64,000 nucleotides of DNA, taken from the IMG/VR virus record IMGVR_UViG_3300028895_000881, positions 1 to 64,000 of that record. One strand, 5' to 3'. A model generated the notes under the pieces. The model worked only from the letters and a program-made list of their open reading frames with translations. It did not search any database and was not told the origin of the DNA. How positions within the stretch are numbered: position 1 is the first letter of the stretch; each line of letters starts with the position of its first letter. The position numbers were made by a program, and so were the translations under genes. The stretch is from a virus. Below are positions 35,217 through 45,307 of this stretch, in pieces.

Positions 35217-36792
35217 TCAACCCCAGGTCAGGGACAGGCTGCTTGCTTTTCTTCTTCCACTTCTGCTTCTCATCGTCCTCACCGCCCTTCGCGTCCTTCA
35301 CCTTCTGATCGATTTCCTCGATACTGGTGTTGTCAGTGAGCAGACGCCGGCAAGGGAATTCTACCCGCACAGGGACGCGATCGAAGGGCTTTTGGTCGCG
35401 CGACTTGAGGCACTGGAAGATCGCGCGGTTGAGCTTGCGAAGTTCGTCGTCCACCCAGGACGATGTGACGATGTCCGAGGAGCGCTCGGCCTCGTTCGCG
35501 TAGCTGAGGTGAGTGAGGTTGTACCGGCCGCCGTTCTTCTCGGCCGATCGGTAACCCTCACGACTGATCTGAAAAAGCCCAACGACGGCGATGCCCATGC
35601 CTCGGTTGAAACCCATCGCCACCTGCTTGAGGTCCTTCATGACCTCGTTGAGCTTGTCGGTGGTGCTGCTGTACCGACCACGGGCATCCATCAGACCAAG
35701 GTGATCCACGAAGATGGTCGAGAACGGAGTCTTGGCGAACACGAGCTCGGCCTGCGATTGAAGGTCGTCAATCGTGAAATCCCGCTTGTCCGGGTTCTTG
35801 TTACGGATGTGGATGTCACCGTAGTCCTCTGCCTGCACCGCAGCAGGCCCTGTCGCCGGCACCGTAGTCTTCTTGTTGAAGTCGGGGACGACATATTCAC
35901 GCAGGAACTGTTCTTCGGCAGGGCTGAGTGTCGCGGTCTTGATTTTGTCATAGTCGAGACCGATGTAGTCGATGCCAAGCTGCTTCCGAACGTCCCGGAA
36001 CTTCTCATGCGCCGAGTGCATCGTGTAGATCAAGTTGCGCACCTGCACGTAGGGCATCTCGATCGAGAAGTAGACGGAACTCGAGCGGTAGTAGATGGCT
36101 TGCACGTAGGCCCAGTGAAGGGCGAAGGTAGACTTGAGGCCGCCGGTGTATGCGGTGTGCAGCCAGAGCTCATACTTCTTGGCACCCTTGAGCACCGAGT
36201 CGATCTGACTGATGCCGCACATCTGACCGATGCCGTAGAGAGGATCCGCCTTGATACGGTCGTAGCGGTCGAGGAAATCGTCCTCGTCCTGCATAAGGTT
36301 GCCGGACAACTTCGACCCCAAGGTAGGCGCGATGATGTCGTGGCTTCGGTCAAGAGCGTGACGCATCGCATCGATGGCGCCTTGGAGTTTTGTAGATTGC
36401 CCCTTGGTATCCTTGACTTCGATGCCCGTCTGGACGATCTGCGCCATCTCTTTGGCGAGGTCCATGACGATGCGGTTGCGGCGGTCGGTCGCTTTCTCCT
36501 CGAGATAGGTGAGGAAGTCACCTCGCGTGCGAGGCTTGAGCTGCGCCACACGTTCGATGCGGTCCACGACATCCACCTCGTGGACGGTCGTGAAGTGAGA
36601 GCGCACCGTTTGAACCTCGGGCACGTGCCCGTGGGACTTGAAGAAGTCCGTGATGAACTTCCAGATGATGTTGTCCTCGGGGGTATCGAACCCAAGGCCG
36701 CTCTCGACGAGCGCGTGATAGTTTTGGGCAAAGAGCTCAGGCTGATCCGTCGTCGGGTCAGCCACAAAACAGGACCGAAGAAGGTTCTTCAC
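35209..36792 (-). CDS. DnaB-like replicative helicase
   Basis: AYTGGLKST Walker A, YFSIEM, IFVDHLGLM, QISRE, AERSSD. Confidence 0.88.
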   Translation of the reverse strand: MKNLLRSCFVADPTTDQPELFAQNYHALVESGLGFDTPEDNIIWKFITDFFKSHGHVPEVQTVRSHFTTVHEVDVVDRIERVAQLKPRTRGDFLTYLEEKATDRRNRIVMDLAKEMAQIVQTGIEVKDTKGQSTKLQGAIDAMRHALDRSHDIIAPTLGSKLSGNLMQDEDDFLDRYDRIKADPLYGIGQMCGISQIDSVLKGAKKYELWLHTAYTGGLKSTFALHWAYVQAIYYRSSSVYFSIEMPYVQVRNLIYTMHSAHEKFRDVRKQLGIDYIGLDYDKIKTATLSPAEEQFLREYVVPDFNKKTTVPATGPAAVQAEDYGDIHIRNKNPDKRDFTIDDLQSQAELVFAKTPFSTIFVDHLGLMDARGRYSSTTDKLNEVMKDLKQVAMGFNRGMGIAVVGLFQISREGYRSAEKNGGRYNLTHLSYANEAERSSDIVTSSWVDDELRKLNRAIFQCLKSRDQKPFDRVPVRVEFPCRRLLTDNTSIEEIDQKVKDAKGGEDDEKQKWKKKSKQPVPDLGLND

Positions 36793-37847
36793 TTGCGAAA
36801 TCCTTTCTTCGCACCCCAGCTCCGTTTCTTCTTTTTGGACCCGTAGCGCTCTTTTTCAGCCGCCTTCTCTTCGTTAGCCATCAACGCCGCAAGCATGGGA
36901 TCGGGCTCGTCCTCTTCCTCGTACTCCTCTTCCTCGTACTCCTCTTCCTCGGCGGCAGTAGTGGCGGCACTGTCCTCACCCTCTGCACCCTCTTCCTCGT
37001 CAAGATCACTCAGCGCATTATCGATCTTCGTTTCGGCCTCGGGCTCCGTTTCGAGCAAATCGTCCGGAGACATATCCGAAACCATCTCCGGCTCTTCTTC
37101 GACCGCAGGACCGCTGAGCACTTTCACATGCACACCGGCAAGGCCGATGTGCCACCAGTGGCTCAAGATGCTCTCGAGCTTTTCGCTGTACGCACGGTGC
37201 GACATGTCATCGATCCGCTGGTCAAGCTGGTCGATGATCCATGTAGGTTTCCCGATGTGCATCCGGGTCGTCACCGTCTCGAGCACACAGGAATAGAGCT
37301 CCTTGTTGGGCGTTTGCATCACGCCCAACTTGAGGATGAGCAGCTCAGGAGGCTCAACCAACTCGGCGATATCCATCGCCATGAACTGGTTGTCATGGTT
37401 TTCGATCTCCGACTGATAGATCTTGTGCCCCTGCGCCTTAGCGGTCTTGAGCCAAGCGTCCGGCAGGTCTTTGTCCGTAATGACTCGAGCGTCCCACATC
37501 GTTGACTTCGAAAAAGCCAACGCTTTGAGGTGCGCGCGGAACACCACGTCTTTCGACGTAATCCAAACGTTGTGGCCAACGAGGGGTTTCAGTGGAGGAC
37601 GCTCACGCAGCCCAGGAATCTCCCGCGCTGCGGACAGTGACTTCCACATCCTCTCCATGTTCTGGAGCTTCAGTGCATCCATCATGCAGTGGCACGAGCG
37701 ACCACCATCGAGCATGGACTCACCGTAGATAAAACCCAACCCGCCACAGTCCGGGCAGTTGGGGTCGGCGTACTCTCGGCTCACAACCCTTTTACCCTTC
37801 TCAAGCGTACTTGCGAGCGTCCGCTTGGAGGGCCGCGAAGATGTCAT
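36789..37847 (-). CDS. DnaC/DnaI-like helicase loader (degenerate) with Zn finger
   Basis: CPDCGG.G...CHC N-terminus, ELLILKLG..R...GKPTWI, adjacent to DnaB; acidic tail. Confidence 0.55.
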   Translation of the reverse strand: MTSSRPSKRTLASTLEKGKRVVSREYADPNCPDCGGLGFIYGESMLDGGRSCHCMMDALKLQNMERMWKSLSAAREIPGLRERPPLKPLVGHNVWITSKDVVFRAHLKALAFSKSTMWDARVITDKDLPDAWLKTAKAQGHKIYQSEIENHDNQFMAMDIAELVEPPELLILKLGVMQTPNKELYSCVLETVTTRMHIGKPTWIIDQLDQRIDDMSHRAYSEKLESILSHWWHIGLAGVHVKVLSGPAVEEEPEMVSDMSPDDLLETEPEAETKIDNALSDLDEEEGAEGEDSAATTAAEEEEYEEEEYEEEDEPDPMLAALMANEEKAAEKERYGSKKKKRSWGAKKGFRK

Positions 37848-40779
37848 CGATGCTGTTGTCCGAAGACACCGTCACATCGCTCATACCTTCGCCCTTGAGG
37901 CGTTTGCCCATGACCGACTCGATCAGCTTCATCTTTGTACGAAGGACGCTCATCACCTTGGCGTCGATGGTGCCACGTGCCACGAGGTGGATCGCATAGC
38001 AACGGTCATGGTCTGACCCGATGCGAATCATGCGGCCGAGAATCTGAAGGTAGTCTCCGGCCGACCAGGGGCTGTCGTAGAAGATGAGCGCCTTGGCCGC
38101 CTGGAGGTTGATCCCCTCCTTGGCAGCGTCCGTGATCCAGCAAATGCGCACGTCGGAGTCCGGTTTCTGGAACTCCTGCATCGCCGCCTTGCGCTGATTT
38201 TCGTCCTCGTCGCCAGTGATACGGACGGTCTTGAGTTTGTACTTCTTGCTGTGCGCGACTTCCTCGAGTTTGTCGATCATCTTGCGGAAACGACTGAAAA
38301 CGATGACCTTCTCGTCCGCGAGATCCCCCTCGGTAAGGATCTCGAAAAGCTCCTTCATCTTGTCGCTGTCACCCTCGCAATCCACGAGCTCGGGGTGGTC
38401 CACGATCTGCTGGCAGTAGATCAACGAAGTCAGCTTCGTGGTCTCGACCTCCTCGTCCGTGCGATCCTTCTCCAGCAAACCCTCGAGCGCTTCACGGTAC
38501 TTGGCCTCCTGCGCTTTCGTCATGCCGCAGTGATGCGTGTCGATCTGGAGCACCGGGAGCTCCTTGGCCACATCGAACTTCGCACGTGCCAAGAAGTAGG
38601 GGTCGATCTTGTCCTTGAACCGCGCGATCTGGTCCTTGCGGTATCCGATGATGACCGGGATTTGCCGGCGCGAGCCCGGGATGGGCTGCAAGCGCGTGAG
38701 ACAGTACTCGTTCATGAACTTGCCCTTCGAGCTCGGAAAGAGCCCGGGGACGAGCAGCGAGTAGATGCCGTAGCCCTCGATTAGGTTGTTCTTGATCAGG
38801 GTTGCGGTGAGCGCCCAGAACCGGCTCGCGTTCCGAGACAGATGGCGCACCACCTTGTACGTCTGCGTGCTCGGGTTCTTGAATGCAGTGGCCTCGTCAC
38901 ACACGAGCACGAAGTCCTTCCAGTGCTGGAGGAACTTGATATCCCGACGTGCTGTCGCGTACCCCATGATGAGGACGGTCGGCCCCTTGGCTGACTCGAA
39001 CTCCTTGTAGATCTTCTCGCGCTTGGCCGGGGTGCCGACACAGGTGATGACGTTGATCTGGTCTGGCGTGCAGAACTTCTCGAACTCGAGTGCCCACTGA
39101 CCGACGACCGACTTGTTGGTCAGGATGACGGCCTTCGCGTCGGGCTGCTTGGCCCACACGAAACACAGGGACGCGATGCTCTGAATCGTGTTGTGATTGA
39201 CGAGCCCGTTACCCACAAAGGCGTGTCGAGGATCACGCACCTCCAAATCGAACACTTCTGCCCAACCATCCTCGAGGGTTACGACTGGATCGTAGAACCA
39301 CCGGCGTTCTAAAATTTCCTGAACCGCCGCGTACGCCGGGTTAAGCTCCGAAATCCCCACTTCGCGGGCAATCTCCAAAGCACGCTTCAAGTACTGGTAC
39401 GTTGGATTGCGGCGACCGGCTCGGATGTGGCCCAGCGTGTTGTAGAACGCTGACCCCCACTTCTTGGCAATCCCTTCACCTTTGTAACCGTGACGTCCAG
39501 CGCGGGCGTAAATTTCGGCGCGAAGGTCTTCGATCTCCGCTTTGGCGTAGGGGACCACATCGAAATTCGGGTTGCTATTTTTCTCGACCAAAGAGGCCAG
39601 GGCCGAGATCTTGCGGCGAGAAACCAGGCCAATTTCACGCATGAGGCGACGAACGTCGTCTCCCTGAATTTGAAGACGCCAGTAGACGTGGTCGTACCCC
39701 TCAACCATTTTTGGCAGCCTGCTCGTCACGATTCCAAAGGTCAGCAGCATCACCTGGATCTGACGCAGAAGTGTCTCCGATGCCGAGCTCACCTCCAAAC
39801 CCAAACCGTTGGCATGTCCTTCCGCATCAAGATACCCCCGAAGGAATTGCCGCATGGAGGCCGGCGAACTTTGAAGAACGGACCACGGCACTTCTTTGTC
39901 CTTGGCCACACCGGGCACCACTCCAATGGAGCGGAGAAACCGGATGACCTGAGTACTCGACAGCACGAACCCAACATCTGTTGAGCGCATCTCGATCCCA
40001 AAAACTTGGGCCGCAAGGTCTGCCATGTCCGCGTAAACCTCGGGGTTCCGTTCAGCATGTTGACTCGGGCTGAAAAAATCGTGACGGCTGAACCAACTCT
40101 CGGCCACCAGATAACCCAGGAACCGAGCCAGCTCCGGAGACATTTTCACAGGAATCTGGTGTTTCTTTTCGTTAGAAGCGCCATGTCCCGGAGAAGGTAG
40201 AGCCGGCTCAGACCTGCCCTCCACCATCGCCGTCGATCCAGGGTCCCGATCCACGGCCACAAAATCTCCTTCTTGAAGATCCCGAAGACGCACCCACTGG
40301 TCCACCCCATCACGTCGCACCATGACAGGATGGATCTGAGACCCCTCCACTTCGTACCCACATCGCGTCACGACTCTGATGGTGGGTTTTTCTCCCCCGT
40401 AGTAGAAACGACCGATGTCGCACTGACTTTTCCCGAAATCGACCTGGAGATCTTCACTCATGGGAGCGAAGGTGTCGGGCTCATCAATGCCAGGGTTGAG
40501 ATCCTTGATCGGGATCAAGCCACGCGAAGTCCGAATCAAAGTACTTCCAACGCAGCACTTCCCGATTCCGGTGTCGTCACCGAGCAGGAACCGGTTCATC
40601 GCCACCAGATGGAGGACACCCTGCACCTGGTAGTACCGAAGCTTGAAAGGCTTCTCTTCGCCGTCGAACCCCGTGAAGGTCGTCTTGAGGAGCGGCGTGG
40701 GCTTCAGTGAAAGATCCGTGCGCTGGCGGATCTGCTTGAGCCGATCATGGGCTGCTTTGAGGCGCGGATCTTGGGACAT
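37801..40779 (-). CDS. SNF2-family helicase, intein-containing
   Basis: LRYYQ, GDDTGIGK|intein|T, DEAT, LTAT, VIVFS, EGINLQ, QILGRMIRIG. Confidence 0.92.
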   Translation of the reverse strand: MSQDPRLKAAHDRLKQIRQRTDLSLKPTPLLKTTFTGFDGEEKPFKLRYYQVQGVLHLVAMNRFLLGDDTGIGKCCVGSTLIRTSRGLIPIKDLNPGIDEPDTFAPMSEDLQVDFGKSQCDIGRFYYGGEKPTIRVVTRCGYEVEGSQIHPVMVRRDGVDQWVRLRDLQEGDFVAVDRDPGSTAMVEGRSEPALPSPGHGASNEKKHQIPVKMSPELARFLGYLVAESWFSRHDFFSPSQHAERNPEVYADMADLAAQVFGIEMRSTDVGFVLSSTQVIRFLRSIGVVPGVAKDKEVPWSVLQSSPASMRQFLRGYLDAEGHANGLGLEVSSASETLLRQIQVMLLTFGIVTSRLPKMVEGYDHVYWRLQIQGDDVRRLMREIGLVSRRKISALASLVEKNSNPNFDVVPYAKAEIEDLRAEIYARAGRHGYKGEGIAKKWGSAFYNTLGHIRAGRRNPTYQYLKRALEIAREVGISELNPAYAAVQEILERRWFYDPVVTLEDGWAEVFDLEVRDPRHAFVGNGLVNHNTIQSIASLCFVWAKQPDAKAVILTNKSVVGQWALEFEKFCTPDQINVITCVGTPAKREKIYKEFESAKGPTVLIMGYATARRDIKFLQHWKDFVLVCDEATAFKNPSTQTYKVVRHLSRNASRFWALTATLIKNNLIEGYGIYSLLVPGLFPSSKGKFMNEYCLTRLQPIPGSRRQIPVIIGYRKDQIARFKDKIDPYFLARAKFDVAKELPVLQIDTHHCGMTKAQEAKYREALEGLLEKDRTDEEVETTKLTSLIYCQQIVDHPELVDCEGDSDKMKELFEILTEGDLADEKVIVFSRFRKMIDKLEEVAHSKKYKLKTVRITGDEDENQRKAAMQEFQKPDSDVRICWITDAAKEGINLQAAKALIFYDSPWSAGDYLQILGRMIRIGSDHDRCYAIHLVARGTIDAKVMSVLRTKMKLIESVMGKRLKGEGMSDVTVSSDNSIDDIFAALQADARKYA
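39190..40557 (-). mobile_element. Intein with LAGLIDADG endonuclease in the SNF2 Walker A motif
   Basis: Begins CCVGSTL, FLGYLVAE and FLRGYLDAEG, ends VFDLEV..GLVNHN followed by T. Confidence 0.92.
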
Positions 40780-40795
40780 GCGGGGCTTATACGCC

Positions 40796-41473
40796 TCACG
40801 AGAAGAGGTCTACGATTTCTTGAACCGCAGGCTTGGCTTGGAACCGATCAGCAACGAGACGCTTCTCGAAATTCCGCATCAGCATGACAGCCGCTTTGGG
40901 ATCGCGAGGCGCGTTACCACCCCGGAACTGCTTCACAAGATCCTGGGACTGCTTCCAAACTTCACGAACGTAGACGCGCTCGATCTTGGGCACCACGCTT
41001 CGCAAAAACCATTTGCCGAAATCTACAAGAGCTCGATCCCGGTCCCGGCTCTGTGACATGTCCGGGATCTGCATGGTGTTCCAGTGCGCCGGCACAGCGC
41101 CGTACCAAAGGTACATGTTTTGAATCGCCCGAAGCGCCTTGTTGGCGTCGTTGGGCATCGGCGGCCAGTTCTTGCCGTTGACCAAGAACCAGTTGAAGTA
41201 GAGCGGGTCCAGGCCAGCTTTGCGCGCAAACTGCTGCTCCGCACGTTGGGTGGGGCCGATTTCCCTCTTGATCGTCGCCATCAGGACCTTCTTGGCAGCC
41301 TCATAGGCGTCCTCGATCGACTTCTCACGCGCTCGAGGGGTCATGTTGACCACAGGAGGCAGGTCGGCAGGCGCGGCGGGCTGAGGGCCCCTGGTGGACC
41401 GTTGGGTGCGCTGTATGAGGTTGTTGAGCCAAGCCCAAGCAACCTTCTCGTGATTTGCACTCAGTGTGGTCAT
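40796..41473 (-). CDS. Hypothetical protein
   Basis: Probable start MTTLSANH at 41473, overlapping the upstream stop. Confidence 0.6.
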   Translation of the reverse strand: MTTLSANHEKVAWAWLNNLIQRTQRSTRGPQPAAPADLPPVVNMTPRAREKSIEDAYEAAKKVLMATIKREIGPTQRAEQQFARKAGLDPLYFNWFLVNGKNWPPMPNDANKALRAIQNMYLWYGAVPAHWNTMQIPDMSQSRDRDRALVDFGKWFLRSVVPKIERVYVREVWKQSQDLVKQFRGGNAPRDPKAAVMLMRNFEKRLVADRFQAKPAVQEIVDLFS

Positions 41474-42294
41474 TTGGGTGGATCCCGAACGTCGATGACG
41501 ACACGGCCGGGACCCGAGATGTGGAGGTTGGCCCCTTGAACGGTGCGCGTCGTACGTACCTGTCCATAGGGATGTATAGACCAATCAACGTCCGGCATCT
41601 CCAAGCGCCCCTGGATGTCCTTTTCGAGCGTCGTGGGCACGTGAGGCGCCTTTTTCACGATCTGCTTTGCGACATCCTTCATGGGCATCGAGTGCATCCC
41701 AGCCGCCCGGAGAGCTCCTTGAGTCTTGTTGCCCACGACACCGTCGATGGCACCAACGTTGAACCCGATGCGATGCAAGTGGGTCTGCACAAGACGCTCC
41801 GTCATGCGAGGTCCCTCCCACTTACCGACATCGATCTGAGCGGCACAGCAGAACCCGGGCCACCCCGCCTCACCCCGTCCCGCGCCGAGGAGCTGGTCCA
41901 TCATCGTCGTCCAGTCGCCGATGAAATGGAAGACCTCATCATGAGGGCCCGGCAACGGGTAGCGCGTGAACGGAGTGAACCCCAACGGAATCGCCATCCC
42001 CCACAACATGGCGAGCTCCCGCTCTCGACGGGATGCAGCCGAGCCTTCTTCGTCTTTCTTGATCGTCAGGCGCAGGTAGACTTCGCGCCCCGTGGGCACA
42101 GCACTCCACTCCGGAGGAAGTCCCGTAGGTCCTGGGTCTTCTCGGATGGAACCCCACCCCATCTCGAGCGCGGGACGTCCTTCGACTTTCAACGTGACGT
42201 TGAGCTTGGAGACCTGACGTTCGAGCTTCCGAAGCGCGTCGATCGTGTCAGGAGTGAAGACGCCGTTCTTGTGTTGGACGAGCTGATAGCGCAT
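41470..42294 (-). CDS. Peptidoglycan-binding-domain protein (possible endolysin-related)
   Basis: LVQTHLHRIGFNVGAIDGVVGNKTQGAL (PGBD consensus); DEVFHF resembles the M15 peptidase ExWH motif. Confidence 0.65.
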   Translation of the reverse strand: MRYQLVQHKNGVFTPDTIDALRKLERQVSKLNVTLKVEGRPALEMGWGSIREDPGPTGLPPEWSAVPTGREVYLRLTIKKDEEGSAASRRERELAMLWGMAIPLGFTPFTRYPLPGPHDEVFHFIGDWTTMMDQLLGAGRGEAGWPGFCCAAQIDVGKWEGPRMTERLVQTHLHRIGFNVGAIDGVVGNKTQGALRAAGMHSMPMKDVAKQIVKKAPHVPTTLEKDIQGRLEMPDVDWSIHPYGQVRTTRTVQGANLHISGPGRVVIDVRDPPK

Positions 42295-42300
42295 GGCTTT

Positions 42301-44010
42301 TCACGAACCTGTCCGCGTGAGGGCAACCTCAGCGGTGAGAAGGGTGGACGCGGTCGAGATCGCAGTAAGCACAACGCTCTTCACGACAGCGAGTGGGTCA
42401 CAGATGATGGGATCATGGCGCAGATCGCGAACTTCGTTGGTGCGGGCATCCCAACCCGTCTGCCAACCCGCCATCGGACGGGTCGCCCCAGGCTCCGTAG
42501 CAGCCTTCTGAACGCGCTCAAGGACAACCGCTCCCTCGTGCCCCGCATTCCGGGCAAGAACCCTCAGAGGCTCCTTCAGGGCCTCCACGAGAACCCTCGC
42601 GCCGAGCCCGGCGACGGCAAACTCAGGGACCTTCCGGGAAAAGCCGGCAGCCCCCTCCCAGAAATTGGAGAGCGCCAGGTATGCGATCCCACCTCCGGGG
42701 ACCACCCCTTCTTCAAGCGCGACACGAACAGCCTCAAGCGCGTCTTCGATCCGTCCTCGTTTTTCACGAATCTCGGTGTCGGACCACCCACCCACCCGCA
42801 TGACACAGAACCCTTCGGTGAGCTTCGCGATTCTCGTGCGCAGCTTTTCGGCGTCGTGGCTGAAATCGATCTGCTCACGGTGGAGCTGGGACACCCGCTC
42901 ATCGATGAGTGGGTACTTGTCTTCGAAGGCTACGAAGATCGCGGAGTCGCTCTTGATGGTCGCCGTCTGAGCTGAGCCAAACATCTCCGACCGAAATTCA
43001 CTGAACGGCGTGACGAGAGGATCCATTACAGTGGCGCCCGTCAGCGCTGCTAGATCAGCTAAATGATGCCGCATGTGATCTACATGCCCAGGACAGCGCA
43101 CAGCGCAGACTTGGAGTTTGCCCCCCGTTGGTAGTTCGAGCTTCTTGTCGTTGGCGACGAGCAGCTTCACAGCTTCACCGAAACAGCCACGCGACACGAT
43201 GATGAGCGGGTGCGGAAACTGAGTGGCTTCCTCCACGATCGGGCTGATGTCCTTGAGCGTCGTGAGTTCGGCGTCGATCAACGCCACGAGGGGCACATCC
43301 ATGTGGCGAGGGCCGCCGTCAGGACCTGCAAGCTCACTGCTCTCCCAACCACGATCGATCTCCATGCCAGTCTTATGGTCGAGCTCGATGCCCCGACCTT
43401 TGCCTTCTTCGACCACGACCATGCCTTCGGAGCCAACACGACTAAACGCCTCGACGATGGCGTCTGCGATCTCGAGGTCTCCGTTGCAAGCCGTGAGCGC
43501 GACGTGTCGCATCAACTCTTCGTCCTCGACCGGCTCGGGGCACATCACGTCCCACAAGTTCGCACCCTCGAAGTCTTCGGCAATCCGCTGAAGGTCTTGT
43601 GCAAGCAGAGCCGGGTGCGCCCCCGCAGCTACCCACTTGAGGCTCTCACGCAGGATGGCGTGTACCAGAATCGCGGTTGTCGTCGTACCGTCTCCGCACG
43701 CCTTGTTCACCTTGTGGCAGGCTTCTTGGAGCACCCTCGTACCAAGGCGTTGGACTCGATTCTCGGGCTCGACTTCCCAAGCCACGGACACCCCATCTTT
43801 GGTCGAGAGTAGACCGCCGGCACGATCAAGCATGACCGTACGTCCTCGAGGCCCGTATGTTGCCGAAACGACCCGAGCCATCTCCTCGACACCAGCCAAC
43901 ATGTGGCGTCGAGCTTCGAGGCCCCGGTTAACCTGAACGGGTTGCTTCTTTCTTCGTCTCACAGCGCAAAGAAGGGGGTTCGATCCCTCGTTGAGGGAGT
44001 TGCTATACAA
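42301..44010 (-). CDS. groEL: GroEL-like chaperonin (start uncertain)
   Basis: TYGPRGRTV, TKDGVSVA, GDGTTT, GMEIDRG, RIEDAL, EEGVVPGGG, DPLAVV. Confidence 0.93.
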   Translation of the reverse strand: MYSNSLNEGSNPLLCAVRRRKKQPVQVNRGLEARRHMLAGVEEMARVVSATYGPRGRTVMLDRAGGLLSTKDGVSVAWEVEPENRVQRLGTRVLQEACHKVNKACGDGTTTTAILVHAILRESLKWVAAGAHPALLAQDLQRIAEDFEGANLWDVMCPEPVEDEELMRHVALTACNGDLEIADAIVEAFSRVGSEGMVVVEEGKGRGIELDHKTGMEIDRGWESSELAGPDGGPRHMDVPLVALIDAELTTLKDISPIVEEATQFPHPLIIVSRGCFGEAVKLLVANDKKLELPTGGKLQVCAVRCPGHVDHMRHHLADLAALTGATVMDPLVTPFSEFRSEMFGSAQTATIKSDSAIFVAFEDKYPLIDERVSQLHREQIDFSHDAEKLRTRIAKLTEGFCVMRVGGWSDTEIREKRGRIEDALEAVRVALEEGVVPGGGIAYLALSNFWEGAAGFSRKVPEFAVAGLGARVLVEALKEPLRVLARNAGHEGAVVLERVQKAATEPGATRPMAGWQTGWDARTNEVRDLRHDPIICDPLAVVKSVVLTAISTASTLLTAEVALTRTGS

Positions 44011-44013
44011 GCA

Positions 44014-44250
44014 TCATCGAGGATTGAGGATGTAGTTCCGGACGAATTTGGCGAACTGGTCCCCATCAACGTCAGCGTCGAGGTCTACGATCTTGACGTC
44101 CTCGGTTCCTGGTTTCGATGTGTGCCAGATGACTTCTTCGATCTGGAAGTTCGTCCAGATGAGGCGTTTGAGCTCTTCCCGACGCTCCTCATCCAGAAGG
44201 TTCGAGGCGTACCGGATCGTGACTTTCTCGTCCCTGGGAAACGCTTCCAT
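44014..44250 (-). CDS. Small hypothetical protein
   Basis: MEAFPRD..., TAGAAT box 7 nt upstream. Confidence 0.6.
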   Translation of the reverse strand: MEAFPRDEKVTIRYASNLLDEERREELKRLIWTNFQIEEVIWHTSKPGTEDVKIVDLDADVDGDQFAKFVRNYILNPR

Positions 44251-44269
44251 GTCTCGGATTCTACCCCTT

Positions 44270-44307
44270 AAACGAACGAGGGCCCGACCGTTTGGCCGAG
44301 CCCTCGT
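44270..44307 (-). terminator. Probable terminator hairpin
   Basis: ACGAGGGC...GCCCTCGT stem followed by TCGTTT on the minus strand. Confidence 0.5.
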
Positions 44308-44327
44308 ACACACAATGTCTTGTGTGG

Positions 44328-44921
44328 TTAGGCGTCACCCTCCGCAGCTTCCGCCTTGGCCGACAGGAAGTGCTTGAGGAGCATCTCCCACAGACCCACT
44401 GCGGTCGCGCCAGCCGTGGCACCACCGAGCAGCGCATCCGGGATGGAGGCGCCCTCTGCCATCAAAGCCGCAATGACGTAACTGAGCACACCGAATGCAG
44501 CGGTCACCCACGGGAGTGCCTTGCTGGGTACCTTGTTGAGGACTCCGGTGCGACGGAGCCCAAAGACGAGTAGGGAAAGGCCGAGACCCAGAGCGAGTGC
44601 CCATTGCTTCTGTTGAAGCGCGTTGTAGAGCCCCTTGGCAGTCTCAACGGCCTCCTCGTCACTCTCGATCTCCTTGGCCGGAGCAAGCTCTTCGCCGCCA
44701 GTGGTGCCGGTATCGCCGTCCTTGGCATCGTCTGCCGGAAGGTCAGCCTTGGGAGCATCCTCGTCGGCAGCGGGAAGGTCAGCCTTGGGGGCCTCGCCGT
44801 CGTCCTTGTCACCGGCGCCGGTCTCGGCAGCAACGTCTCCTGCGGGAGGCGCGGCCAGGGCCGGGGCACTGATGGCGAAAACGGCCAGGAAGGCCAGCAG
44901 CATCATGATCCGATTCTTCAT
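44328..44921 (-). CDS. Membrane protein with signal peptide and three C-terminal TM segments (holin-like)
   Basis: Signal-like N-terminus, APKADLPA repeat, hydrophobic helices ending GATAVGLWE. Confidence 0.6.
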   Translation of the reverse strand: MKNRIMMLLAFLAVFAISAPALAAPPAGDVAAETGAGDKDDGEAPKADLPAADEDAPKADLPADDAKDGDTGTTGGEELAPAKEIESDEEAVETAKGLYNALQQKQWALALGLGLSLLVFGLRRTGVLNKVPSKALPWVTAAFGVLSYVIAALMAEGASIPDALLGGATAGATAVGLWEMLLKHFLSAKAEAAEGDA

Positions 44922-45307
44922 CGTTCTTCTCCTTGAGTAGCGGTCAGAATCGTCTTCACGATCACCGCTTTGGTGTCACCAGGTTTGACTTCCAAACCCT
45001 TTTGCTGAGCGTAGAGGTATAGCTTCGCGTGCGGGATGGTCGAGAGATTCTCGAAATTCATCTCGTCGAGGTCGAGCTCGATCTCCACGGGAGGCATCGG
45101 GCCTGGGTCGATCGCCCCAGGAGGGGGCGATTCGTCTTCGAGGTACTCCTTGGGCTTGCCCAGCCTGTCCAACAACTGGAGCAGGAGCGTGCGCTCCTCG
45201 GCCCGGATACCGGGACGGCGCAATGCCTCCTTGAGTCTCTTCTCCTGCCGCTTCAGGTACGGCGCTCGAAGCTCAATGGAGATCATGTTCTGGGCAAGGT
45301 GTTTCAT
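44918..45307 (-). CDS. Hypothetical protein
   Basis: 129-aa coupled ORF. Confidence 0.6.
   Translation of the reverse strand: MKHLAQNMISIELRAPYLKRQEKRLKEALRRPGIRAEERTLLLQLLDRLGKPKEYLEDESPPPGAIDPGPMPPVEIELDLDEMNFENLSTIPHAKLYLYAQQKGLEVKPGDTKAVIVKTILTATQGEER

Noticed and set aside
44014-44250. Small ORF upstream of groEL as GroES
   Set aside because: Lacks the GroES PLxDRV and mobile-loop motifs
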